Assembly (NCBI GenBank): GCA_016782125.1
Contig: JADDPA010000178.1
Location: forward strand, 42,547 to 106,546
Reading direction: 5' to 3'
DNA from: Thermobaculum sp.
Lineage (GTDB): Bacteria; Chloroflexota; Chloroflexia; Thermobaculales; Thermobaculaceae
DNA length: 64,000 bases
Position 1 is the first letter of the stretch. Each line of letters begins with the position of its first letter. A model generated the notes under the pieces. That model had not been told where the DNA came from. It saw only the letters and a list, made by a program, of their open reading frames with translations, and did not search any database. Below, piece after piece: positions 54,060 through 62,246 of the stretch. Both the position numbers and the translations under genes were made by a program.

Positions 54060-55403
54060 ATGGAAGCCAGCAAGCACGCGATGATGGTGGTTATGCAATC
54101 GGGGACGACCCTGGACGAGATCGAAGAGATTCGGAGACAGGCACGTGAATCGGCTCTCGATGCGGACGTGGTCGTCGGTGTTGAGCAATCAATCATTGTC
54201 GTCACCGGCACCCTGGATCCCGGTTTCGTTGACCGGCTGCACACCCTGCCTGGCGTCGAAGAAGTGGTCCAACGCGGAAACGGCCGCCCGCCGGACACCA
54301 GCGACCTGCGTGTCGAGAGCATACGGCCACTTCTGCCGCCCGCTGTACTCCTCGAGGAGCTGCCACTCACGCGCGACGGCGCGGTGGCGGTAAGCCGGTC
54401 CCGCGATGAGGTGGTACGCATACTGAGTGGCGAGGACGACCGGCTGCTCGTGGTCGTCGGACCATGCTCGATCCACGACCCTGCCGCTGCTGTCGAGTAC
54501 GGACAGAAACTGAAGTTGCTCTCGGATGAGCTTGCGTCCGACCTCTGCATCGTTATGCGCGCGTATTTCGAGAAGCCGCGTACCACGGTCGGATGGAAAG
54601 GGCTCATCAATGACCCACATCTGGACAACAGCTTCGCAGTGAACGACGGCCTGCAGATGACGCGTGCGCTACTGCTGAACCTCATCGCTCTGGGCCTGCC
54701 CGTCGGGTGCGAGTTCCTCGACCCGATCCTGCCGCAGTTCTTCGCGGACCTTGTCACGTGGGGCGCAATCGGCGCGCGCACCACCGAGAGCCAAGTGCAC
54801 CGCCACCTGGCATCAGGGCTTTCCATGCCGGTCGGCTTCAAGAACGGCACGAGCGGGAGCGTGCAAATCGCCATTGATGGCGTGCGCGCTGCGGCCAGTC
54901 CCCATAGTTTTCTGGGCGTGACGGAGCAGGGCATCGCCGCGGTTGTCAGTACTCGTGGGAACCCGGACTGCCACGTTATCTTACGGGGTAGTTCGACGGG
55001 ACCAAACTACGACAGAGCACACGTGAGCCAAACACTGGAGCTGCTGCGAAAGTGTGAACTGCCACCGCGTGTCATGATCGACACCAGCCACGGGAACAGC
55101 GGAAAGGACTTCCGCAAGCAGCCGGTCGCGGCGAGCGAGGTCGGATCGCAGGTTGCTGCAGGCGAGGCGGGCATCGTCGGCCTGTTGATGGAGAGCTTCC
55201 TCGAGAACGGCGCGCAGGAACAGCGACTCGGTCGGGATCTGGTGTACGGGCAGAGCATCACTGACGGCTGCATGGGCTGGGACATGACCGTTCCGGTGCT
55301 TCGTGGCCTGGCCGAGGCGGTGCGTGCACGCCGATCCGGCGCAACGGTATCAGCTAGGGCCCGTAAAGGCGACGCGCTATCCCTTGGAGCGCATCCAGGG
55401 TAG
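54060..55403 (+). CDS. 3-deoxy-7-phosphoheptulonate (DAHP) synthase, type I-alpha (AroG/F/H-like) core with N-terminal ACT/ferredoxin-like domain
   Basis: ORF 53976..55403. Start moved to ATG 54060 after GGGAGGA. The core aligns along its length with my recollection of E. coli AroG (DDRLLVVVGPCSIHDP, YFEKPRTTVGWKGLINDP, WGAIGARTTESQVHR, PVGFKNGT). The first ~85 aa (MMVVMQSGTTLDEIEEIRR...IIVVTG...LPGVEEVV) resemble the FL/ACT domain of Thermotoga-type DAHPS. Confidence 0.92.
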   Translation: MEASKHAMMVVMQSGTTLDEIEEIRRQARESALDADVVVGVEQSIIVVTGTLDPGFVDRLHTLPGVEEVVQRGNGRPPDTSDLRVESIRPLLPPAVLLEELPLTRDGAVAVSRSRDEVVRILSGEDDRLLVVVGPCSIHDPAAAVEYGQKLKLLSDELASDLCIVMRAYFEKPRTTVGWKGLINDPHLDNSFAVNDGLQMTRALLLNLIALGLPVGCEFLDPILPQFFADLVTWGAIGARTTESQVHRHLASGLSMPVGFKNGTSGSVQIAIDGVRAAASPHSFLGVTEQGIAAVVSTRGNPDCHVILRGSSTGPNYDRAHVSQTLELLRKCELPPRVMIDTSHGNSGKDFRKQPVAASEVGSQVAAGEAGIVGLLMESFLENGAQEQRLGRDLVYGQSITDGCMGWDMTVPVLRGLAEAVRARRSGATVSARARKGDALSLGAHPG

Positions 55404-55589
55404 GCCGCATTCGGCACTTCCCCAAACGGGCCGGGTGTCACTGGGCCTCTCTTATCCGGATATACGTCAAATGAGGGATGTCTCACCCTCGCGTGTCGTC
55501 GTAATATGTCACCGAGGGTCCGGAACGTGTCAGGGCACGCTTTGGTGTGTACTCAGCCACTAGCAATCATCGCGGAACAGGGGGGAATC

Positions 55590-56363
55590 GTGCTCGGAGT
55601 AGGCAGGCGTGAAAAGAATGCGGTCGCGCAACCGCAAGCTACGACCGAACAGATGATGGATCAGCCGATCATTGTCGCGAAGGACGTGGAGAAAGTCTAC
55701 GATACGGGAAAGGTACGGGTACACGCCCTTCGCGGCGTGAGCTTGACCATCACTCGGGGCGAGATGGTCGCGATAATGGGGCCGTCAGGATGTGGCAAGA
55801 CAACCCTCCTCAACGTACTGTCCGGTCTCGACGAGGTGTCTGCTGGAACCATCGTGCTCGATGGTCGGCCGATGGAGAGCATGTCGGATAAGCAGCGGAC
55901 GCGTTTTCGCGCCGAGAAGATGGGCTTTATCTTCCAAAGCTATAACCTGATGCCGGTACTCTCAGCCGTTGAAAACGTGGAGTTACCGCTGCTGGTCGCT
56001 GGTTCCAAGAGCCGTGATGCGCGCAAGCGTGCTCTCGAGACACTTGCCCTGGTTGGATTGGCAGATCAGGCGAATCAGCGGCCGGCGGAACTTTCCGGCG
56101 GACAGCAGCAGCGCGTCACGATCGCCCGAGCGCTCGTGAACCATCCTGCGCTCGTCTGGGCAGATGAGCCGACCGGAGCCCTGGACAGCGAAACGAGCGG
56201 CGACATTATGGACCTGCTCTCGCGTTTGAACCGCGAGTACGAGCAGACCTTCGTGCTTGTGACGCACGACCCCTCTGTCGCCGCGCGTGGGGACCGCACC
56301 ATCTTCATGCGCGATGGCGCCATCGAGAGCGACAGGCCCAACCAGCGACCCACGGGGGCATAG
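55590..56363 (+). CDS. ABC transporter ATP-binding protein (MacB/LolD-like)
   Basis: ORF 55506..56363. Start placed at GTG 55590 after GGGGGGA. Walker [10 protein letters not shown], signature LSGGQQQR, Walker B VWADEPT. Confidence 0.9.
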   Translation: MLGVGRREKNAVAQPQATTEQMMDQPIIVAKDVEKVYDTGKVRVHALRGVSLTITRGEMVAIMGPSGCGKTTLLNVLSGLDEVSAGTIVLDGRPMESMSDKQRTRFRAEKMGFIFQSYNLMPVLSAVENVELPLLVAGSKSRDARKRALETLALVGLADQANQRPAELSGGQQQRVTIARALVNHPALVWADEPTGALDSETSGDIMDLLSRLNREYEQTFVLVTHDPSVAARGDRTIFMRDGAIESDRPNQRPTGA

Positions 56364-56411
56364 AGCACACACCAGACGTCCGTTGTCGTACTGAGTGTGT
56401 GAGGGATAGAC

Positions 56412-59400
56412 ATGCAAGACATTTTCGGTTTGCCGGTACAAACGCTGATGACTGTGCTGCTCGCCCTCTTTCTTGTGGGGGCGGCAATCATCGGCGTGCT
56501 GGCATTGCGCAACACGGTGATGTTCAAGATGGGCGTGCGCAACGTGCCGCGTCGTCGGGCGCAGACCGCATTAATTGTACTCGGCCTTATGTTGGCGACG
56601 CTGCTCTTCTCCGCGTCCTTCACGACCGGTGATACGCTGGTGCATTCCAATCGCGTTCGCGCTCTCAGCACCCTTGGAGAGGTCGACATCCAGGTTCAAT
56701 CAACCCGAGGCGCCGCTTCGCAGCTGGATCAGCTACTCGGCCCTGGCGGGCGAGCCGCCGTCTACTTCGACCAGACGCTGGTGGACCGTGTTCGGCGTGC
56801 ATTGGAAAACGACGCCGAGGTGGAGGGTGTCGCGCCACTGGTTTCGGAATCAGCCCCCGTACTTGCACCCTATAGCAGGCTAAGCGAGCCGCAGGTTAGC
56901 CTGCTCGGTGTCGACGCAGGATCTCAGGCGGGGTTCGATCGGCTCAAGCAGGCGGACGGTGCCGAGCTGTCTGTCCGCTCGCTTGCAGACGGTCAGGTCT
57001 ATATCAGCGAGACGCTCGCCACTGAAATTGGGCTCCGCGTGGGGGACAAGGCGCAAGTCTTCTTGAGTGAAAAGCCAACGCTAGTCACCGTTCGCGGCAT
57101 TTATTCGGAGGGTGGGGTTCCGGCGGCGGAGAACTCACTCGTGATGCCACTGGAGCGCATGCAGGCGTTGACCGGCAACGTGGGCAGGATCAACTCCGTG
57201 TTGATCACCCATAGGGGGGATGAGATCGAGGGCGCCGAGCATACGGATGGGACGCTCGCGGCGCTGCAGCCCCTGCTACGCGGATCCGGCTTGGAGGCGA
57301 GCCCCGTCAAACGCGATGCACTAGAGCGTGCCGACCGCGAAGGTGGCGGCTTTGCGGACATCTTCACCCTCTTTGGCGGCTTCTCGATTGCCGCGGGTGT
57401 GCTTCTGATCTTTCTGATCTTCGTGATGCTCGCCGCCGAGCGGAAGCGCGAGCTCGGTATTGCCCGTGGTGTCGGCATGCAGCGTCGTCATCTCGTTCGA
57501 ATGTTCACGTTTGAGGGCGCGGTCTACTCATTGCTTGCTGCGGCTGTCGGCAGCGTGCTGGGCGTGGCGGTTGGATGGCTGATGGTGCGGGTCATCACGG
57601 CCGCTTTTGCACAGTTCAATCAGGAGATCGTGTTCGACTTCCAATGGTCAAGCCTGGTAATCGCGTACACCCTGGGCATGGTTATCACCTTCGCCGTGGT
57701 GGTCGTGTCGTCGTGGCGAGCGAGCCGCCTGAACATCGTGCGGGCGATACGTGACATCCCCGAGCCGCGAACAAGCCGTCGTACCTGGAAAGGGCTCCTT
57801 GGGACCGCCGCGCTCCTGCTCATTGGGGCTCTACTGACGGTCTCGGGCCTCTCAGCGACGTCCATCGCGCTCTTTATGCTCGGCACCTCGCTGCTCGTCA
57901 TCGGCGCTGCGTTGCTGGTCCGTCGCCTTGGTGTGCCGGACAGGGTAGCCTTCACCGTGGCCGGTGTGACGCTGCTGGTGTGGTGGCTGCTACCTAACTC
58001 CGTGTCTGACGCGATACTCCCCGCTTCACTGGACGATACGGGTGGTATTGAGATGTTCTTCATCTCCGGCATCATGATCGTGATCGCGGCTGTGTGGACG
58101 GTGATCTACAACTCTGACCTGCTCCTGCGCCTGATCGTTGCCCTGTTCGGTCGGGTGCGGGGGCTGCCGCCGGTCCTGAAGACCTCGGTGTCGTATCCGA
58201 TGCAGAACCGCTTCCGCACAGGCATGACGCTCGCGATGATCAGCCTCGTCATGTTCACCCTGGTCGTCATGAGCTTCATCACGAATGCCTTCGCCGGGAT
58301 CTGGGATGACACCCATCGTTGGAGTGGTGGCTTTGACATCCGGGCAAGCACCAGCTACACAAATCCCGTGCCCGACATGACCGCGGCTCTCCGTACCGTC
58401 GATGGATTGAAGCCGGGTGATATCGTCGCCGTGGGAAGCTTCTCCAGCGCTCCGGTGAAGGCTAAGGCGGCCGGGACCGACGGCGAGCCAGCCAATCTCA
58501 ACATCAACGCTGCAGATGATGCGTACACGGACGTCGTTTCTTATGCATTCGGATCACGTGCGGCAGCGTACAAGTCCGACCGCGCGGTATGGCAGGCCCT
58601 GAAGTCGGAAGATGGTACCGCGGTGGTTTCGGCGATCACCGTGCCGGCAAAGGTAAATCAGGAGTTCGGTGAACAGCCCCCGCCGGTGCGGCTGAGCGGT
58701 TTCTTCCGTGAGGACCCGATCGTGCCCGAAAACACGTATATCGAGGCACAGGACCCGCGCATCGGACGAGTTCAGCGACTGAGAGTCATTGGTGTGCTCG
58801 ACGATGTGGCGCTGTCCACGGGCGATGTGCTCGTCTCCCAGCCCACGCTCGAAGGACTGATCCAAGCACCGGTACCGGCAGAGAGCTACTTCTACAAGCT
58901 GCGCCCGGGTGTCGACGCAGTGGCCGCCACTAGGGCACTGGAAGCTGGGTTCCTGGCCAATGGGATGCAGGCGGAGTCGATCCGAGAGGAGATAGATACC
59001 TTCGCAGGTACGAACACGATGATCAACACGCTGCTACAAGGCTTTATGGGACTGGGGCTGATCGTGGGAATTGCGGCGCTTGGCGTGATCGCGGCTCGCG
59101 CGGTTGTCGAACGCAGACAGCAGATCGGTGTGCTGCGCGCGATGGGATTCCAACGCAGTCAGGTGCAGTTGTCGTTCCTGCTGGAGTCGAGCTTCGTGGC
59201 ACTTCTCGGCATAGCCATTGGCATCGCGCTTGGTCTCGGACTCTCGCGCAACGTAATTGGCGGCTTTGCCGAGCAGTTTCCGGGGGTGCGCTACGAGATC
59301 CCGTGGCTGCAGTTACTGGTGCTCGCAGGGTTGGCGTATCTGTCCTCGCTTCTGACCACCTATCTGCCCGCTCGTCAGGCGAGCCGGATACATCCCGCGG

Positions 59401-59420
59401 AAGCGTTGCGCTTCGAGTAG
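56412..59420 (+). CDS. Large FtsX-family ABC permease with two FtsX/MacB-type modules
   Basis: 1002-aa ORF. Two 4-TM FtsX-like blocks, each preceded by a large extracytoplasmic region. Conserved ERKRELGIARGVG and ERRQQIGVLRAMG loops. Confidence 0.9.
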   Translation: MQDIFGLPVQTLMTVLLALFLVGAAIIGVLALRNTVMFKMGVRNVPRRRAQTALIVLGLMLATLLFSASFTTGDTLVHSNRVRALSTLGEVDIQVQSTRGAASQLDQLLGPGGRAAVYFDQTLVDRVRRALENDAEVEGVAPLVSESAPVLAPYSRLSEPQVSLLGVDAGSQAGFDRLKQADGAELSVRSLADGQVYISETLATEIGLRVGDKAQVFLSEKPTLVTVRGIYSEGGVPAAENSLVMPLERMQALTGNVGRINSVLITHRGDEIEGAEHTDGTLAALQPLLRGSGLEASPVKRDALERADREGGGFADIFTLFGGFSIAAGVLLIFLIFVMLAAERKRELGIARGVGMQRRHLVRMFTFEGAVYSLLAAAVGSVLGVAVGWLMVRVITAAFAQFNQEIVFDFQWSSLVIAYTLGMVITFAVVVVSSWRASRLNIVRAIRDIPEPRTSRRTWKGLLGTAALLLIGALLTVSGLSATSIALFMLGTSLLVIGAALLVRRLGVPDRVAFTVAGVTLLVWWLLPNSVSDAILPASLDDTGGIEMFFISGIMIVIAAVWTVIYNSDLLLRLIVALFGRVRGLPPVLKTSVSYPMQNRFRTGMTLAMISLVMFTLVVMSFITNAFAGIWDDTHRWSGGFDIRASTSYTNPVPDMTAALRTVDGLKPGDIVAVGSFSSAPVKAKAAGTDGEPANLNINAADDAYTDVVSYAFGSRAAAYKSDRAVWQALKSEDGTAVVSAITVPAKVNQEFGEQPPPVRLSGFFREDPIVPENTYIEAQDPRIGRVQRLRVIGVLDDVALSTGDVLVSQPTLEGLIQAPVPAESYFYKLRPGVDAVAATRALEAGFLANGMQAESIREEIDTFAGTNTMINTLLQGFMGLGLIVGIAALGVIAARAVVERRQQIGVLRAMGFQRSQVQLSFLLESSFVALLGIAIGIALGLGLSRNVIGGFAEQFPGVRYEIPWLQLLVLAGLAYLSSLLTTYLPARQASRIHPAEALRFE

Positions 59421-59441
59421 GGGCGTTCAACTGAACGCCCC
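59420..59441 (+). terminator. Hairpin immediately after the permease stop
   Basis: GGGGCGTTC, loop AACT, GAACGCCCC (9 bp). No U-tract. Confidence 0.45.
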
Positions 59442-59605
59442 AGGTCTCTGCGTGACTGAACCGAGCGCTCGAACGCTCGTGCTCCACCGTCAGCGTCCCA
59501 CCGCTGCCTATTCGGATGGATCCCAGCTATATGGCATGCGGATTGCTTTACAATGCCGCGACTTGCCATATTGGTGGGTCTGTTCCATATCGAGGAGGGA
59601 TCCGC

Positions 59606-59758
59606 ATGAACGTTCTTGGCATTGGTGGCCTCATTCTCGTAATACTCGGAATCTACATTATCTTTGCGCCGGACGCGTTGAACATCCTGGTGGCGATCAT
59701 ATTCATCTTCGGCGGCGGGTATCTTGCCGCGAAGGGATTTGGCCTCCCGGTCCCCTGA
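59606..59758 (+). CDS. Small hydrophobic protein (50 aa, two TM)
   Basis: Part of track ORF 59516..59758. ATG 59606 lies 6 nt after GAGGAGGGA. MNVLGIGGLILVILGIYIIFAPDALNILVAIIFIFGGGYLAAKGFGLPVP. Followed by a canonical terminator. Confidence 0.6.
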   Translation: MNVLGIGGLILVILGIYIIFAPDALNILVAIIFIFGGGYLAAKGFGLPVP

Positions 59759-59784
59759 GCTATATTATCGGGATCCGCGCATCT

Positions 59785-59808
59785 GGGGAGCCGAACGCTC
59801 CCCTTTTT
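59785..59808 (+). terminator. Canonical intrinsic terminator
   Basis: GGGGAGC, loop CGAAC, GCTCCCC, then TTTTT. Nested inside an outer stem GCGCATC (59777-59783) / GATGCGC (59809-59815). Confidence 0.8.
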
Positions 59809-59900
59809 GATGCGCGCCTGTCGATTTGGTATCAACCGCCAGGTGCCCTCTGGATGGCACACTTTCTGCGCCCCTGGGTCCACGAGTCAGGAGGTACAGC

Positions 59901-60194
59901 GTGGCACAGCGTTTCGAACAGGACTTTCAGGTCATAGGATCTCAGCTTTCGAACGCTCCTGAGGGTGCGCTTGAGGAGCTTGGCGGCGATGAGGGCAAGG
60001 TCGGACAGATGGCGGCCAATGGATTGAGTCTGGATGAAGTCTGTCAGCAACTCAACCTGATGCCCGATCAGGTCTGGGCGTTCCTCAATGAAGCACTCGA
60101 CCGTGTACAAGGGACCAGATGGGCGGAGGGTCCCAGCGGAAATATACGCCCGCTCGACGCGGAGCAGATGCAGCGCCCCGTTCAGGGCATCTAG
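59901..60194 (+). CDS. Small protein with a sigma-70 region 4-like helix-turn-helix (97 aa)
   Basis: Part of track ORF 59826..60194. GTG 59901 lies 6 nt after AGGAGG. The segment ANGLSLDEVCQQLNLMPDQVWAFLNEAL resembles region 4/LuxR-type HTH. Directly upstream of hsp20. Confidence 0.5.
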   Translation: MAQRFEQDFQVIGSQLSNAPEGALEELGGDEGKVGQMAANGLSLDEVCQQLNLMPDQVWAFLNEALDRVQGTRWAEGPSGNIRPLDAEQMQRPVQGI

Positions 60195-60228
60195 AACACA
60201 GCCGGCCAGCATGGAGGAACACCAAAGC

Positions 60229-60675
60229 ATGAGTTATGGACGTTCGTACAACGAGATGTTGAGCCTGCGTGAGGCCATGAACCAATTGATGGAGGAGAGC
60301 TTCATTCGTCCCACACGCGGCCGGCAGGCGGCGGGCGACGACATGCAGTCGGTACCGGTGAACGTCTTCCAGGCAGGTGACAACGTTGTGGTATTCGCCC
60401 CGATGCCGGGCCTGCAGCCCGAAGACATCGAGATTGGTGTTGCCGAGGGCGTACTCACCATACAGGGCAAGAAGCGGGGACATGAGGAACGCCATGAGTT
60501 CTTTCAGCACGAATGGACTGTCGGACCGTACCGCCGCAGCGTCCAACTCCCCGATGACATTGACGCTGAGTCGGCACGCGCGTCGCTCGACAATGGCGTA
60601 CTGGTCATAACATTCAATAAGTCGGGGCGGAGCAAGCCTCAGCGAATTGAAGTGCGATCAGGGCAGGGTCGGTAA
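60229..60675 (+). CDS. Hsp20/alpha-crystallin family small heat-shock protein
   Basis: ORF 60088..60675. Start moved to ATG 60229 after GGAGGAAC. Alpha-crystallin pattern PVNVFQAGDNVVVFAPMPGLQPEDIEIGV.EGVLTIQG...F.R.V.LP..ID......A.L.NGVL.I. Confidence 0.9.
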   Translation: MSYGRSYNEMLSLREAMNQLMEESFIRPTRGRQAAGDDMQSVPVNVFQAGDNVVVFAPMPGLQPEDIEIGVAEGVLTIQGKKRGHEERHEFFQHEWTVGPYRRSVQLPDDIDAESARASLDNGVLVITFNKSGRSKPQRIEVRSGQGR

Positions 60676-60819
60676 ACAAGAAGCGGTGGTCCTCAGGACT
60701 GCAGGTCTTTTCCAGTGGTAGACCGCGTCATAGCGTGACTTCGTTCGTCAAACTGTCCAGCTACCATCATTTGTAGCCCGGGATTGACGGAAGAGAGAAC
60801 GAACCAGTGACAAGTACAG

Positions 60820-61113
60820 ATGGCGATGCGCCCATTTGTGGAAGAGAGAATCATGAAGCAAATTGATCACTTCGACCGGCCGCAGCCGAGGGACGACATG
60901 GAAGAGGGGGCATCGATGGATGATGCGGTCGATGAGGCACTTGCCGCCCGCAAAGTTGATCGCAATGCAGATGTCTCTCAGGGACCGACGGGGGAGATTA
61001 CGAACCCAGAAACTCAGTACGGAGATCACTTCGAAGACAGGCCAGAGACGGATCCGTTTACACCGCAACACCAGGATGTCGAGACGGACGCCGCCATCAC
61101 GAACGACGTATGA
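60820..61113 (+). CDS. Acidic, probably disordered hypothetical protein (97 aa; alternative start ATG 60853)
   Basis: Track ORF. D/E/P/T-rich with no motif. GGAAGAGAGAA precedes ATG 60853. Confidence 0.45.
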   Translation: MAMRPFVEERIMKQIDHFDRPQPRDDMEEGASMDDAVDEALAARKVDRNADVSQGPTGEITNPETQYGDHFEDRPETDPFTPQHQDVETDAAITNDV

Positions 61114-61128
61114 TCCGGGAGGGTAACC

Positions 61129-61500
61129 ATGGACCGGCAGGTCGAAAGGCCACAGGACGAATTCAGCGAAGACCTCAACCCGCAGCCACAAGCGGGGTAC
61201 AACTTTGGTCAGGAGGGTCCGGACACCACGCAGGGAACGCCAGCTTCGGAGATGAAGCAAATGTATACGCGGCTGCCGAACCTCAGTGACGCTGAACTGG
61301 CGGAGTTGTCAGTGGTGGAAACTGGCATGCGCCTGGAGCAAGGCAAGACGTATATCGACCTGAACGATCTGGAGCGAGGCGAGTTCTCGGCGATGGCAAG
61401 TATGGTGGCCGAAGAAACCAACCGTCTGGTGGCGAAGGATGCCGTCAGTTACGACCTCTGGAACAAACTGCGGGGCCACGGGGAACGATCAAACCAGTGA
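61129..61500 (+). CDS. Hypothetical protein (123 aa), disordered N-terminal half and structured C-terminal half
   Basis: GGGAGGG SD 6 nt before ATG 61129. Genic codon usage. No recognisable motif. Confidence 0.55.
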   Translation: MDRQVERPQDEFSEDLNPQPQAGYNFGQEGPDTTQGTPASEMKQMYTRLPNLSDAELAELSVVETGMRLEQGKTYIDLNDLERGEFSAMASMVAEETNRLVAKDAVSYDLWNKLRGHGERSNQ

Positions 61501-61507
61501 TACGGAG

Positions 61508-61627
61508 TCCGGCTGAACGGTAGGGCATCTGTCATTTACAGCGTGGGAGGGATCCGTGGTACAAGCTACGGATCCCTTACTCTGTTCGGAACGCATCCGG
61601 GATGACTGGCACCCTCATTCAGCCGGA
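61508..61627. other. ~120-nt strongly structured intergenic element (possible sRNA or bidirectional terminator)
   Basis: Outer 10-bp stem TCCGGCTGAA (61508-61517) / TTCAGCCGGA (61618-61627). Inner perfect 10-bp hairpin AGGGATCCGT (61548-61557) / ACGGATCCCT (61568-61577). Additional pairing GUCAU/AUGAC and GGG/CCC. Confidence 0.35.
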
Positions 61628-61778
61628 TCGCGTAAAGCACATTCGCCACCATAATGGTGGCATCAGCAGTCCGGTCCCAGAGGCCCGCTGTACCGATCTA
61701 ACGGAGATTTCCCCTACTGATGCTTTGCGCCATCAGAAGGTACGCATTACACCTGGACGTCCATAGCAGCGGACTTGG

Positions 61779-62246
61779 TTAGCGGACGAAGACTGCCCCG
61801 GCGAAGGCGGCCGCATCCTGGATGCGCTCCCGGTGCGTTTCGGCGAAGGGCTCGGGCAAGGCATCCGGCGGGAAGTACCCGAAGTCGATGGTTTCCGCTG
61901 TTCGGCGTAAGGTTCCATGCATCGGCTCGCAGAGGAACATGATGCTTACCACTTGGTAGCGCCGCGCTCCATTCTCGTATGAAATGATTACGTTGGGATT
62001 GGAGTAAATGCCGATCAGGTTTACGGGCTTGACGTGAATGCCCGTCTCCTCCTCAGTCTCACGCACCACCGCCTCAACGACTCGCTCCCCAGGTTCCACA
62101 CCGCCGCCGGGAAGGACCCATTGCTGGTTATCGGCGCGGCGCACGAGCAAGAACCTGCCTTCGGTATCCGGCATGGCGCAGGTGACCGTGAGGCGGATCG
62201 GTGCCGTCGCGCCGATGCGCTCACCAAAAATGAGTTCCGTGGTCAC
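61779..62246 (-). CDS. NUDIX hydrolase
   Basis: Nudix box LPGGGVEPGERVVEAVVRETEEETGI. Confidence 0.88.
   Translation of the reverse strand: MTTELIFGERIGATAPIRLTVTCAMPDTEGRFLLVRRADNQQWVLPGGGVEPGERVVEAVVRETEEETGIHVKPVNLIGIYSNPNVIISYENGARRYQVVSIMFLCEPMHGTLRRTAETIDFGYFPPDALPEPFAETHRERIQDAAAFAGAVFVR

Noticed and set aside
53948-54934. Long antisense ORFs in the track. Examples: 53948..54934 (328 aa), 46139..47197, 47291..48286, 9747..10661, 10830..11885, 18652..19617, 18825..19742, 19887..20825, 4220..5125, 35755..36468.
   Set aside because: Each lies opposite or out of frame to a gene with unmistakable conserved motifs. The translations are Arg/Pro/Ser/Ala-rich and low-complexity, as expected for shadow ORFs in GC-rich DNA, and have no motifs or SD sequences.
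59759-60228. CIRCE (TTAGCACTC-N9-GAGTGCTAA) or HAIR (CTTGAGT-N7-ACTCAAG) heat-shock operators near hsp20.
   Set aside because: Only a weak 5-bp inverted repeat is present (GTGCC-N8-GGCAC at 59843-59860). There is no match to either consensus.
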